NCBI GenBank assembly: GCA_964640155.1
Contig: CAZXEQ010000001.1
Coordinates: forward strand, 516,403 to 548,402
Direction: 5' to 3'
Origin: an uncultured bacterium
GTDB taxonomy: Bacteria; Auribacterota; JACPWU01
Length of the DNA: 32,000 nucleotides
This document shows positions 1 through 8,373 of the stretch, one piece after another; the stretch's first letter is position 1, and every line of letters begins with the position of its first letter. The notes beneath the pieces were generated by a model. It was not told the origin of the DNA and searched no databases. It saw nothing but the letters and a program-made list of their open reading frames with translations. The position numbers were made by a program, and so were the translations under genes.

Positions 1-920
1 TGCATTGCTTTACCATCCTTCACAATAAACACAGAATCCCCATAGGGCGCATAACTAATGGAAGAAGCTGGAACAGAAATAACGGTTTGTTCTGCCATAA
101 GAACCTTGATATTCACAAACATACCCGGTTTCAATTTGTGTTCGGCATTTTTCACCGTGCCTTGAATTGCAACATTGCGCGTGGATGGATCCAATCGCGA
201 TTCAATCGCAGTAATTTCACCGCTAAATTCTTCTGCGTCTAGTCCGACAGCATTGATCCGGATTCGTTTACCGATTGAGATGTCGTTGAGGTTTTGCTGG
301 GGTAACGCGAACTCCACATAAATGGGGTCAATCGATTCCAACTGTACAATGGGTGCACCGACATTCAGATATTGTCCAAGATCTACTTTTCGAATACCCA
401 GCTGACCATCGAATGCGGCAATAATGTTCTTACGGGCAATCAACGCTTGAGCCTCATCTACCGCAGCAACCGCCTGACGGTACATACTCTGGGCCTCGTC
501 AAGACTGGATTTGGCAATAGCACCCGTTACAATCAACTTTTGTTGGCGTTCCTGAATTAATTTCGTTAAATCACGACGCGCTTCGGCCGAACGTAACTGC
601 GCTTCTTCCTGCTGACTGTCGAGTCGGACCAGTAAATCGCCTTTCTTTACTGTTGCTCCAGACTGAAACTTTATCTCTGCTACAATACCTGGAAGATCCG
701 TGCTAACCGTAACGCCATTAACGGCCTTCAGCGACCCCACTGCATTCAAAGTAGGTTGCCATTTTACCGGTTCAACAATAATCGTCGTAACCGCTGTGGG
801 AGGCGGAGTCATTTGTTTCATCATCGCAATCCCAGCACGCACTTGTTTTATCTTATATCCACCAATTGCAGCGATAAAAATCCCCACCACGACCAGCATA
901 ATTAACATTCTCTTTTTCAT
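1..920 (-). CDS. RND/efflux periplasmic adaptor (membrane fusion protein, HlyD/MexH-like); 3' end runs off the left edge
   Basis: Absent from the ORF track because it is open at the window edge. My minus-strand translation from ATG 920 (in-frame alternative ATG 929) reads MKKRMLIMLVVVGIFIAAIGGYKIK...VGSLKAVNGVTVSTDLPGIVAEIKFQSGATVKKGDLLVRLDSQQEEAQLRSAEA...AFDGQLGIRKVDLGQYLNVGAPIVQLESIDPIYVEFALPQ...VKDGKAM with no stop down to base 1. It shows the signal anchor, lipoyl-like motif and coiled-coil hairpin typical of MFP adaptors. Confidence 0.85.
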   Translation of the reverse strand, partial: MKKRMLIMLVVVGIFIAAIGGYKIKQVRAGIAMMKQMTPPPTAVTTIIVEPVKWQPTLNAVGSLKAVNGVTVSTDLPGIVAEIKFQSGATVKKGDLLVRLDSQQEEAQLRSAEARRDLTKLIQERQQKLIVTGAIAKSSLDEAQSMYRQAVAAVDEAQALIARKNIIAAFDGQLGIRKVDLGQYLNVGAPIVQLESIDPIYVEFALPQQNLNDISIGKRIRINAVGLDAEEFSGEITAIESRLDPSTRNVAIQGTVKNAEHKLKPGMFVNIKVLMAEQTVISVPASSISYAPYGDSVFIVKDGKAM

Positions 921-940
921 AACATTCATCCTCTTTCTAT

Positions 941-954
941 ATTGACTAGTCAAT
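941..954. promoter_or_regulatory. Candidate TetR operator (perfect palindrome ATTGACTAGTCAAT) between the tetR stop and the adaptor start
   Basis: Perfect 14-bp inverted repeat. The same half-site TTGACTA/TAGTCAA recurs at 1601-1616 upstream of the TetR gene. Confidence 0.5.
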
Positions 955-975
955 TAAGACGTAAAACAAAAAAAT

Positions 976-1587
976 TTAGCCTACAACTGGTAAAACCTTT
1001 GCACCCAGCAGTCGAAAGATTGCAGGTTTGAGTTGGCGAACAAGTTCTAATTTATTTTGTACTTTGGCTTGAAGTAATACACCCTCGATCAATGCATGTA
1101 TATCACTTGCCAACGCGCTCACATCAGTCGGGGCAATAACTTTCTCCCGGATTGCATCGTGCAGAGTGTCTTCAAAATACTTGATGATCCTTCCAAATAA
1201 CTCCGTGGACTTTTGACGGATGGATTCTTCCAACGTACTTTGCTCAGAAGCAATGGAACCATAAGGACAACCACATACTTTCCCCGTCTTTTCCATTTTT
1301 TCCTTCTGACTCTCATAAATGGCATCGCAAAAAGTTGCGATTCGCTCTAGGGGTGATATTTGAGAGGAAAAAATGGTGTCCAACTTACCTCGATTCTGCC
1401 TCCAGTAATCCTCCAGTGCCTCTACAGCCAGCTCCGCCTTTGATACAAAAAAATGATAAAAACTACCTTTATTCACTCCTGCCTTTGCACAGATATCATC
1501 TACACTGACCGAGCCATAATTGCTGGCAGAAATCAACTCATTCATGGTATTCAAGAGTTTTTGCTTGGTATTTGATCCTGGTTTCAT
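976..1587 (-). CDS. TetR/AcrR family transcriptional regulator
   Basis: 203-aa ORF. The N-terminal HTH signature KQKLLNTMNELISASNYGSVSVDDICAKAGVNKGSFYHFF is typical of TetR_N. It lies directly upstream of the efflux adaptor on the same strand. Confidence 0.9.
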   Translation of the reverse strand: MKPGSNTKQKLLNTMNELISASNYGSVSVDDICAKAGVNKGSFYHFFVSKAELAVEALEDYWRQNRGKLDTIFSSQISPLERIATFCDAIYESQKEKMEKTGKVCGCPYGSIASEQSTLEESIRQKSTELFGRIIKYFEDTLHDAIREKVIAPTDVSALASDIHALIEGVLLQAKVQNKLELVRQLKPAIFRLLGAKVLPVVG

Positions 1588-1600
1588 GCTCGCATCATAC

Positions 1601-1616
1601 TTGACTATTTAGTCAA
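1601..1616. promoter_or_regulatory. Candidate TetR operator TTGACTA-TT-TAGTCAA (autoregulation site)
   Basis: Inverted repeat 14 nt upstream of the tetR start codon (1587). It shares half-sites with the palindrome at 941-954. Confidence 0.5.
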
Positions 1617-1801
1617 CTGCAAGTATTTAAATTATGCTTAACACAATTTTTATAGATCTTTACTTAAATTATTGAGTGAAGCCATATTCTTTTCGAGTTC
1701 GAGCAAGATTAACTTTTTTTAAGATGATTTTAACTTTAATTTAATGTTTTTTTGTTAGATTGATTCCAAGAAAAAACGAATGTACTGGAGGATAAAAACA
1801 A

Positions 1802-2767
1802 ATGGATGCCATTACTAAATCATTTTTAAGCAAGGTGAATTCTCAAAAGGGCCCTCAAATTTATGAACTTTCCGTAAAAGAGGCTCGGGAAGTACTTTCC
1901 AAAGCACAAGCCGGCAAAGTAAAAAAACTCGCTGTTGATATCGAAGATCTAGAAATTCCGTGCGGTCCCAAAGGAAGCGTTTCCATACGTATTGTTCGGC
2001 CCAAAGCCAATCAGACGAAGTTGCCTGTGATTATGTATTTTCACGGAGGCGGTTGGGTGCTTGGAGATAAAAACACTCATGATCGATTGATCCGGGAAAT
2101 CGCCAACGGCGCCCAAGCAGCAGTTGTTTTTGTGAATTTTACGCCATCGCCAGAGGCACAATATCCTGTTCCAATTGAAGAAGCTTATGCAGCAACAAAA
2201 TATATCTCAGATAACGGAAAAACTTTTAATCTTGATTCTTCAAGATTAGCGGTAGTAGGCGACAGCGTAGGGGCAAATATGGCAGCTGCAGTCACTCTTT
2301 TAGCTAAGGCCCGGGGCGAACCTCATATTACTGTTCAAGTGCTTTTTTATCCTGTCACTGATTCTGATTTTGACACTCCATCGTATCACGAGTTCGCTAC
2401 AAATTACTTCCTGACCCGTGAAGCAATGAAATGGTTCTGGAATCATTATTTGCCCGATAAAAATTCAAGAAAAAAGCCCACAGCATCTCCACTTCAAGCT
2501 TCAATGGATCAACTAAAGAAATTACCACCTGCTCTGATTATTACAGCTGAATGTGACGTGCTGCGCGACGAAGGCGAAGCTTATGCGCATAAACTCATGG
2601 AAGCGGGCGTCGATGTGACGGCTGTTCGATATTTAGGAATTATCCATGATTTCGTAATGCTCAATGCACTTTCAGAAACCGCTCAAGCACGCAGCGCCAT
2701 TGCTCTTGCAAATAGTACTCTTCAAAAATTTTTCAGAACTTTCAATAACAATCCCAAGCCTGTTTGA
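1802..2767 (+). CDS. alpha/beta-hydrolase fold-3 esterase/lipase (hormone-sensitive-lipase family)
   Basis: 321-aa ORF with the oxyanion motif HGGGW, nucleophile elbow GDSVGAN and late D/H residues (ECDVLRDEG, IIHDF). SD-like GGAGGA lies upstream of the ATG. Confidence 0.85.
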   Translation: MDAITKSFLSKVNSQKGPQIYELSVKEAREVLSKAQAGKVKKLAVDIEDLEIPCGPKGSVSIRIVRPKANQTKLPVIMYFHGGGWVLGDKNTHDRLIREIANGAQAAVVFVNFTPSPEAQYPVPIEEAYAATKYISDNGKTFNLDSSRLAVVGDSVGANMAAAVTLLAKARGEPHITVQVLFYPVTDSDFDTPSYHEFATNYFLTREAMKWFWNHYLPDKNSRKKPTASPLQASMDQLKKLPPALIITAECDVLRDEGEAYAHKLMEAGVDVTAVRYLGIIHDFVMLNALSETAQARSAIALANSTLQKFFRTFNNNPKPV

Positions 2768-2873
2768 TGGCCTATATTTTAATTAAAAAGCAAGATGGAA
2801 ATATTTCATTTAAAAAAATGCTAAAATTATAATGTAAAGTTGCTTCTTGAGCCTTAAAGAGAAAGGAATCATT

Positions 2874-3272
2874 ATGAAAGGATTTACAAGTAACATTGAA
2901 AAAGACACGGTAGAAAATAACCATTTTCGTAAGGTTCTTTATACAGGAAAGCATTGCCAGTTAGTACTCATGAGCCTCCAGCCGAAGCAAGAGATCGGAT
3001 TAGAAACACATCCAGAGAATGACCAATTCTTCCGCTTTGAAAAAGGAGAGGGGAAATGTTTCATCGATGGCAATGAATACAGCGTTGGAGACGGCGTCGC
3101 CGTTATTGTACCTGCAGGGGCAAAACATAACGTGATCAATACTTCTGCCTCAGAAGAATTAAAAATGTATACGATATATTCTCCACCCCATCACAAAGAT
3201 GGCATCGTAAGGGAAACCAAAAAGGAAGCTGAGGCCAAAGAAGCAGATTTTGACGGTCAAACAACCGAATAA
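2874..3272 (+). CDS. cupin domain protein
   Basis: ORF 2847-3272. I prefer the ATG at 2874 (MKGFTSNIEK), preceded by AAAGAGAAAGGAA. It has cupin motifs GLETHPENDQFFRFEKGEG and VIVPAGAKHNVIN. Confidence 0.75.
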   Translation: MKGFTSNIEKDTVENNHFRKVLYTGKHCQLVLMSLQPKQEIGLETHPENDQFFRFEKGEGKCFIDGNEYSVGDGVAVIVPAGAKHNVINTSASEELKMYTIYSPPHHKDGIVRETKKEAEAKEADFDGQTTE

Positions 3273-3355
3273 ATATACTGCATAGAGATGGAAGATTTAA
3301 TCAGTCAAATGGATATTTCTAAGATTTGTGCCCGGAAAACCAAAGAAAAAACCGG

Positions 3356-3399
3356 TAGGGTTACACCCCATAGCAAAGTGACAGCCTATGCAGTAGCAT
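3356..3399 (+). promoter_or_regulatory. Island promoter copy A: dyad TAGGGT-TAC-ACCCCA (3356-3370) plus TAGCAT hexamer (3394-3399)
   Basis: Dyad centre 3363 is 31 nt from the first base of the hexamer. A weak -35-like TAGCAA sits 17 nt upstream of the hexamer. The ATG of the downstream gene is at 3435. Confidence 0.55.
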
Positions 3400-3434
3400 G
3401 CTCATAGAAGGAAGGAAATAAAAAGGAGGACGCC

Positions 3435-3599
3435 ATGTTATCCTGGGCAGTTATATTTCTTATTATTGCAATCATTGCTGCTGTTTTTGGGTTTGGCGGA
3501 ATCGCTGTTGCAGCTACAGGTATTGCGAAAATCCTATTCTTTGTCTTCCTCATTTTGTTCGCTTTGTCTTTGATTATGGGATTGGCTAAACGTGCCTAA
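3435..3599 (+). CDS. DUF1328-type small membrane protein (54 aa)
   Basis: Below the ORF-track size cutoff. Strong SD AAAAGGAGGA lies 4 nt before the ATG. Translation is [54 protein letters not shown], which matches my memory of the DUF1328/UPF0391 pattern (FGFGGIA...AKILFF). Confidence 0.8.
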   Translation: MLSWAVIFLIIAIIAAVFGFGGIAVAATGIAKILFFVFLILFALSLIMGLAKRA

Positions 3600-3632
3600 G
3601 CAAAAAACGAGTCACCTTAAAAAGAGGTTTAT

Positions 3633-3785
3633 ATGAAAAACATCTTTGCCTTGACTGTAGTTTTTGGTTTATTAACCCTGTGTTCTGGCTGCCATCGTAA
3701 TTCCTATATCAGGGACGATTGCGACCGTCATCATTATCGTAACCATCACCCATCACATCATAGCGCAATGGTGGTTGTAAGATAA
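3633..3785 (+). CDS. small secreted/lipoprotein-like His-rich peptide (50 aa)
   Basis: SD AAGAGG precedes the ATG. Translation is MKNIFALTVVFGLLTLCSGCHRNSYIRDDCDRHHYRNHHPSHHSAMVVVR: a hydrophobic leader, then a Cys/His-rich tail. It shares a CxGC(H/N)R...YR(N/S)H.P.H motif with the 117-aa protein at 11726. Confidence 0.55.
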   Translation: MKNIFALTVVFGLLTLCSGCHRNSYIRDDCDRHHYRNHHPSHHSAMVVVR

Positions 3786-3815
3786 TTAATCCATTATGGG
3801 TTTTGGCTACGCTGA

Positions 3816-3854
3816 GTAGACTATTCTCGAATTTAAGAATGGTCTACTATTTTT
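3816..3854 (+). terminator. Rho-independent terminator after the DUF1328/His-peptide unit
   Basis: 12-bp stem GTAGACTATTCT / AGAATGGTCTAC (one G-U pair), 8-nt loop, followed by TATTTTT. Confidence 0.6.
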
Positions 3855-3939
3855 CACGTCTCGGTAACGATCACTTGAATCCCCAAGGGGACTACAAAAG
3901 ACCGCAGACAGTTTTGTTAAACATGGAAAGGGTTTGTCA

Positions 3940-4719
3940 ATGACACTCGCCTATGAAAGTGCAGGACAAGGGATTCCCTTGATATTGATTCATGCTTTTC
4001 CACTTTCTTCTCAAATGTGGAATCCCCAAATAAAAGGACTGGAACAAAGGGTAAAAGTCATCGCTCCTGATCTTCCTGGATTTGGACGATCACCCCATCA
4101 AGCTAAACCCTGCATTGAGGAAATGGCTCAAGAAGTCGATCGCTTACTTGATTCTCTCAAAGTAAAAGAGCCTGTGATCATGGCTGGGCTTTCTATGGGA
4201 GGCTATGTTGCTTTTGAATTTTTGCGTCAGTTCCCTCATCAAGTGAGAGGGCTGGGACTATTCTCAACTCGAGCCGGTGCTGATACTGAACAAGCACGTG
4301 AGAAAAGATTGAAGACGGCTCAGAGCATTCGTGACTCAGGGCTTGGACCCTTTGCAAAAAGCATTCTTCCTAATCTTCTAGGGAAGACCACACTTGAATC
4401 CAAGCCAGATCTCGTTGATGAAACTAAACGAATGATCCTTGAAAACAACAGCGAAGGCATCGCTTCTGCACTTCTTGCAATGGCGGATCGACAAGACTCA
4501 ACTGAACTTCTGGCGTCCATCCAATGTCCAACTTTGATTATTGCTGGAAATGAAGACTCTCTTATCCCCTTTTCAGAAGCAGAAACCATGCATCGTAAAA
4601 TCCCAAATTCACAACTTCACATCATTGAGAAAGCTGGGCATCTTGTGAATCTTGAACAGCCAGAGGAATTTCAAAAGATTTTAGAAGAGTTTCTCATAAC
4701 AAAATTTCTTCCCAGTTAG
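3940..4719 (+). CDS. alpha/beta hydrolase (serine hydrolase)
   Basis: ORF 3934-4719. ATG 3940 is preceded by GGAAAGG. It has the motifs LILIHAFP, nucleophile elbow GLSMGG and a C-terminal AGHLVNLEQPEEF. Confidence 0.85.
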   Translation: MTLAYESAGQGIPLILIHAFPLSSQMWNPQIKGLEQRVKVIAPDLPGFGRSPHQAKPCIEEMAQEVDRLLDSLKVKEPVIMAGLSMGGYVAFEFLRQFPHQVRGLGLFSTRAGADTEQAREKRLKTAQSIRDSGLGPFAKSILPNLLGKTTLESKPDLVDETKRMILENNSEGIASALLAMADRQDSTELLASIQCPTLIIAGNEDSLIPFSEAETMHRKIPNSQLHIIEKAGHLVNLEQPEEFQKILEEFLITKFLPS

Positions 4720-4729
4720 TGATGATGAT

Positions 4730-5689
4730 TTATTCTAGCTTCTCATTTATCTGATACAAAACCCCACCTGCAATATTAGGTTGAGGTAAAAAATATTTGC
4801 GGGCGATAATCGTTATTTCTGTCTTATGCTCTTCTCTTTTTTTGAGTCTAAGTGTTACATTCGTTCCATTTATTTTTGCTTTAATGAGCCCATGGGTCGC
4901 ATCATCTTTAATTATTTTTCCCATACGTTTTATGACATTCAGACTGGCTTCATACACATGTTCAAAACTTTGTTCAATGGTCTCTTTCACGCTAGATTTA
5001 CCAAAAAATTTTACTGCGAAGACAACAGGCAATACCTCTACACCTGCTAACATCGCAACCTTGTAAATCAGAGCATTTTTTATTGCACCTTTTATTCCTG
5101 CAACCATGAGAGGTTCGGCAAGTAAAAGGACCGTCAACTGTTGTGCGCTGGTAATATTCTTAAAGGTTTTATGGATATTCACATCATGGACTTGAATGCC
5201 AGGCTCCTCACTATTCGTATAATCCTTGTAAACCACTTTCCCGATGTTTAAAGTGAGAAAATCAATTTGCAGGGGAATAGGCTTTGATTTTTGTTTTCCC
5301 GTTTTACCTTCTTCCTGAACGACCTTTAATGAATCTACATTGAGTTTTCCTTCTTTATTTTTGGTAAGGCCGACTTCTTCTATTTTGATCTCTGCAACGA
5401 GGAAGTGAAATTTGCGCTTAAACAAATCAGAGCGATCATAAATAACATTCATTTCAGGGCAAGAGACAAGAATGCCTTCTGGGAACCCGCTAGGATTATA
5501 AATTTTGAATCCGGATATGCGTATCGTTGAGCTTAAAATATTTAATGATAAATGGTCCATTTGGACCGGGGCACCTATAAGCTTAGAAGCAACTCTTATT
5601 ACCCCATATTTAATAATCTGATTCTTAAAAATCGCAATACCACTCAAGATAAAAACAATGACTCCCAGCACCATCAAAAGTTTCTTCAT
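4730..5689 (-). CDS. membrane-anchored hypothetical protein, last gene of the two-component operon
   Basis: ORF 4730-5716. The likely start is MKKLLMVLGVIVFILSGIAIF (ATG 5689), which gives an N-terminal TM helix. The C-terminal third (VKETIEQSFEHVYEASLNVIKRMG...TEITIIARK) resembles DUF3568-type domains, but that is weak recall only. Confidence 0.65.
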   Translation of the reverse strand: MKKLLMVLGVIVFILSGIAIFKNQIIKYGVIRVASKLIGAPVQMDHLSLNILSSTIRISGFKIYNPSGFPEGILVSCPEMNVIYDRSDLFKRKFHFLVAEIKIEEVGLTKNKEGKLNVDSLKVVQEEGKTGKQKSKPIPLQIDFLTLNIGKVVYKDYTNSEEPGIQVHDVNIHKTFKNITSAQQLTVLLLAEPLMVAGIKGAIKNALIYKVAMLAGVEVLPVVFAVKFFGKSSVKETIEQSFEHVYEASLNVIKRMGKIIKDDATHGLIKAKINGTNVTLRLKKREEHKTEITIIARKYFLPQPNIAGGVLYQINEKLE

Positions 5690-5734
5690 AGATGCCGCTT
5701 CCCATCTTTCTCTCATAAATCCCAGAGAAAATAC

Positions 5735-6280
5735 TTACATTTTTGTCGGATCCAATGTGGAAAGGATACTTGCTAAATCATCTGCATGTTCTTCTTCCAT
5801 CGCAAGAATGCTTTCCAGCATTCTGCGTGTAGTAGGATCCTTATCACCCAGATACCGAATCATTTCAGCATAAGATTCGACAGCAATGCGCTCCGCAATT
5901 AAGTCCTCTTTCACCATGTCAGTCAGAGAGTTTCCTTCTACATATTCCGAGTGGCTGCGCATGCTCAAACCATCCGGGTCAAAATTAGGTTTGCCGCCAA
6001 GCTGAGTGATTCGTGCCGCAATTTGATCAGCATGGAGCTGTTCATCGTTAGCATGTTGTAAAAATTCCTGCGCAACAGGTTCAGCATTTATTCCTTTGGC
6101 CATAAAAAAATGGCGCTTGTATCGAAGAACGCAAACGATCTCCGTCGCCAAAGCCTCGTTTAAAATCTTCACAATCGTCGTTCTGTCCCCTTGATATCCT
6201 TGAGTCACGGCACCTCGTTCAATATGTTCTCGTGCACGTCGACGAAGTCCTTTTATATCTGTAAGAAATGGTTTATCCAT
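5735..6280 (-). CDS. ferritin-like (bacterioferritin/Dps superfamily) protein
   Basis: ORF 5735-6382. I prefer ATG 6280 (MDKPFLTD), preceded by AAAGGA. It carries di-iron-type helices: LNEALATEIVCVLRYKRH, EFLQHANDEQLHADQIAARI, EDLIAERIAVESY and LAMEEEHADDL. Confidence 0.8.
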   Translation of the reverse strand: MDKPFLTDIKGLRRRAREHIERGAVTQGYQGDRTTIVKILNEALATEIVCVLRYKRHFFMAKGINAEPVAQEFLQHANDEQLHADQIAARITQLGGKPNFDPDGLSMRSHSEYVEGNSLTDMVKEDLIAERIAVESYAEMIRYLGDKDPTTRRMLESILAMEEEHADDLASILSTLDPTKM

Positions 6281-6390
6281 TTTTAGTATCCTTTGTTTAA
6301 AATGATTTTGCTGAATTTCTTTCTCATCTGCCATCATAAACTGAGAAACGCATGAAGAGCTATGGGGTGAACACCCACCCAAAAACAGCG

Positions 6391-7068
6391 TTAAAGAATT
6401 GTTACCTGAATGCTACTTTCGATAATGCCCGCAGAAATGGCATATCGAGTAAGTCCTGCGGTATCATGAATATTAAGTTTTTCCATCAGACGCTGTCGAT
6501 GTTTTTCTACCGTTTTTATACTGATCTTAAGCTCCGAGGCAATTTGTTTATTGGCACTGCCTTCAGCAATAAGTTGAAGCACTTCCACCTCGCGTGAGCT
6601 TAAGGAAGCGTCTCCTTTCTTGAGGCGTCCTCCTCGATGAGAGGATTTCTGAACAGGATTTTGAAAACGATTAGAAATGGAGGGACTAAAAAATGTGTTC
6701 CCCTTTTGAACTTCCCGAATGGCTTTGGATAAAATCTGGGCAGAGGTTTGTTTGATCAAATAGCCTGCTACGCCTAATGCATTGACTTGTTCAATATAGG
6801 CGTCATCACTGTGTGCAGAGAGAATGATCACCTTCGTAGCAGGAACGGCTTTAAGGATTTGCCGAGTCGCCTCCAATCCATTTAAAAGCGGCATCGCAAT
6901 ATCCATGACGACGACTTCAGGACAAAGTTTTTTGGTAAGTTCCACCGCTTGGCGGCCATTTTGTGCTTCGCCCACCACCTCAATATCGCGTTCGGCTTTT
7001 AATAAAGAGTGCAACCCCTCTCTCACGACGGTGTGATCATCAGCCAAGAGAACAGTGATGGGCTTCAT
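6391..7068 (-). CDS. response regulator, NarL/FixJ (LuxR-type HTH) family
   Basis: 225 aa. The receiver domain reads ITVLLADDHTVVREGL...VVVMDIAMP and the C-terminal LuxR HTH reads LSSREVEVLQLIAEGSANKQIASELKISIKTVEKHRQRLMEKL. It lies 2 nt downstream of the kinase gene. Confidence 0.9.
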   Translation of the reverse strand: MKPITVLLADDHTVVREGLHSLLKAERDIEVVGEAQNGRQAVELTKKLCPEVVVMDIAMPLLNGLEATRQILKAVPATKVIILSAHSDDAYIEQVNALGVAGYLIKQTSAQILSKAIREVQKGNTFFSPSISNRFQNPVQKSSHRGGRLKKGDASLSSREVEVLQLIAEGSANKQIASELKISIKTVEKHRQRLMEKLNIHDTAGLTRYAISAGIIESSIQVTIL

Positions 7069-7070
7069 AA

Positions 7071-7991
7071 TTATAAACCCTCCTTCTCACACGGAATTGT
7101 GGCTCGTATCGTCGTACCTTGAGCTGGAGCCGATTTAACCGTGAAGCTGCCACCGACCATCTCCAAGCGCTCTCGCATGCCAAGAAGTCCCAATCGTTTG
7201 TAACGCTTGGCGAAGAGGACGTGTTCTACTTCAAAACCTTTTCCGTTGTCATTTATTTCCATAAGAATTTCATCCTTCAATTTCTGAATACTCACTTTTG
7301 TCTGACTGGCTTTGGCATGTTGCATAACATTATTAAGAGCGGACTGAGCAACCCGATAGAGAATGGTTCGCTTCGCACTTTTTAATCGTTCCACCCCCGC
7401 AAAAGCCGTGAAATGAACGTTAATTCCAGAGCGTTTTTTAAAATCTTTTAAAAAAGAATGAAGAGCAGGAATGAGGCCTAAATCATCCAACACCGTTGGA
7501 CGTAATTCACGCGCAAACCGATGCACAATGTTCACTGACTTTTCAACCAATTGTTGCGTGCGCGTGATTTTTTTTTCAAGGCCTTTGGTATTAACCATGG
7601 CTTCTATTTTCAACGTTGCAAGATGAACGTTGATCCCTGTCAAAGTCTGGGCGATTTCATCATGTAATTCACGACTGATTTCTTTACGTTCTTCCTCCTG
7701 AGCCCACAAAAGTTGACGGGATAAATGCCGCAATTGTTCCTGCATACGACGCGATTCTTCCAACAACTGGGTATAATGTTGTTTGCTTTTCTTAAGAGAA
7801 ACTTCCGAAAGCTGACTTTGAATTCTTTCTTGTTTCAACTGCTGATTTGCAGCAGCTAGTTCTTTGGTACGCTGGTGCAAACTATTTTCTAATTTTCTCA
7901 AGTAGACTTCAGACTGCAAAGCAGTGCCATGCGTTTTTTTGATAATTTTGGAAAATTTGGGTTGAGGCAATTTGTTTAACTTATCATTCAT
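7071..7991 (-). CDS. histidine kinase, HisKA_3 type, cytoplasmic, no recognisable sensor domain
   Basis: 306 aa. The H-box is EEERKEISRELHDEIAQTLTG and the HATPase motifs are NNVMQHA, DNGKGF and GLLGMRERL. The N-terminal ~90 aa are only coiled-coil-like (Q/E/K/L rich), with no TM segment. Confidence 0.9.
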   Translation of the reverse strand: MNDKLNKLPQPKFSKIIKKTHGTALQSEVYLRKLENSLHQRTKELAAANQQLKQERIQSQLSEVSLKKSKQHYTQLLEESRRMQEQLRHLSRQLLWAQEEERKEISRELHDEIAQTLTGINVHLATLKIEAMVNTKGLEKKITRTQQLVEKSVNIVHRFARELRPTVLDDLGLIPALHSFLKDFKKRSGINVHFTAFAGVERLKSAKRTILYRVAQSALNNVMQHAKASQTKVSIQKLKDEILMEINDNGKGFEVEHVLFAKRYKRLGLLGMRERLEMVGGSFTVKSAPAQGTTIRATIPCEKEGL

Positions 7992-8033
7992 AAGAATATC
8001 TTTCTAATTCACGCGCCACTATGACCTTACTCT

Positions 8034-8077
8034 ATTATCCGATACTTATTTCAATCCGTCCATGGGGTAAAACCCTA
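8034..8077 (-). promoter_or_regulatory. Island promoter copy B-prime (minus strand): dyad TAGGGT-TTT-ACCCCA (8077-8063) plus GATAAT (8039-8034)
   Basis: Read on the minus strand: GTAGGGTTTTACCCCATGG...CGGATAAT. Dyad centre 8070 is 31 nt from the hexamer's first base at 8039. The kinase ATG is at 7991. Confidence 0.45.
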
Positions 8078-8097
8078 CTTGCCATTAAAGATCCTGC

Positions 8098-8229
8098 ATA
8101 TAAAAGTGTGTCCTTTATAGATGCGGGTGACACTTGGCGGGGTGCCCCATCGCGCGCAACTTTTCGTGAGCACGATGGGGCTGACAAGTGGCAGGACCCG
8201 CCACTTTTTTAAAGGACACACTTTTATAT
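8098..8229. repeat. Family-1 hairpin element, copy 1 (132 nt, near-perfect long palindrome with a conserved GC-rich core)
   Basis: Arms are ATATAAAAGTGTGTCCTTTA / TAAAGGACACACTTTTATAT. Inner helices are GCGGGT/ACCCGC, CACTTG/CAAGTG and CCCCATCG/CGATGGGG. A second copy lies at 18723-18856. Confidence 0.75.
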
Positions 8230-8287
8230 ACAACATGGCCATAAATACTGCTCGAACTGCCAGAACGAAGAAAGCGGGTCTACGAGG

Positions 8288-8331
8288 TAGGGTTTTACCC
8301 CATAGTAGAAGCCAACTATATGGCGTAGTAT
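8288..8331 (+). promoter_or_regulatory. Island promoter copy B: dyad TAGGGT-TTT-ACCCCA (8288-8302) plus TAGTAT (8326-8331)
   Basis: Dyad centre 8295 is 31 nt from the hexamer. It sits upstream of the glycosyltransferase gene. Confidence 0.5.
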
Positions 8332-8373
8332 GTTAGTGGTTAGTTGCAAAGCTAAGTGGGGAACGATCTAAAA

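Noticed and set aside
3354-3402. The island motif could be read as a sigma-54 (GG-N10-GC) or ECF-type (AAC-N16-17-CGTA) promoter.
   Set aside because: GG/GC are not conserved at the required spacing. A CGTA does precede most hexamers, but no AAC-type -35 lies 16-17 nt upstream and no sigma factor gene is in the window. The dyad plus TAnnAT reading fits all six copies better. An alternative sigma factor is not excluded without TSS data.
8098-8229. The long imperfect hairpin could be SRP (4.5S) RNA or 6S RNA; its 3' end TGGCAGGACCCGCCAC vaguely recalls the 4.5S RNA 3' end.
   Set aside because: There is no GGAA tetraloop and no domain IV symmetric or asymmetric loop motif. The element is present twice with divergent arms, and it is too short and too fully paired for 6S RNA. 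An Rfam scan would settle it.
8021-8336. ORFs 8021-8212 and 8121-8336 span the family-1 element, ORFs 30563-31018 and 30872-31138 span family-2 copy Y, and ORF 22535-22792 spans the pheS leader.
   Set aside because: They read through palindromic non-coding repeats or promoters. The two repeat copies do not conserve any reading frame.
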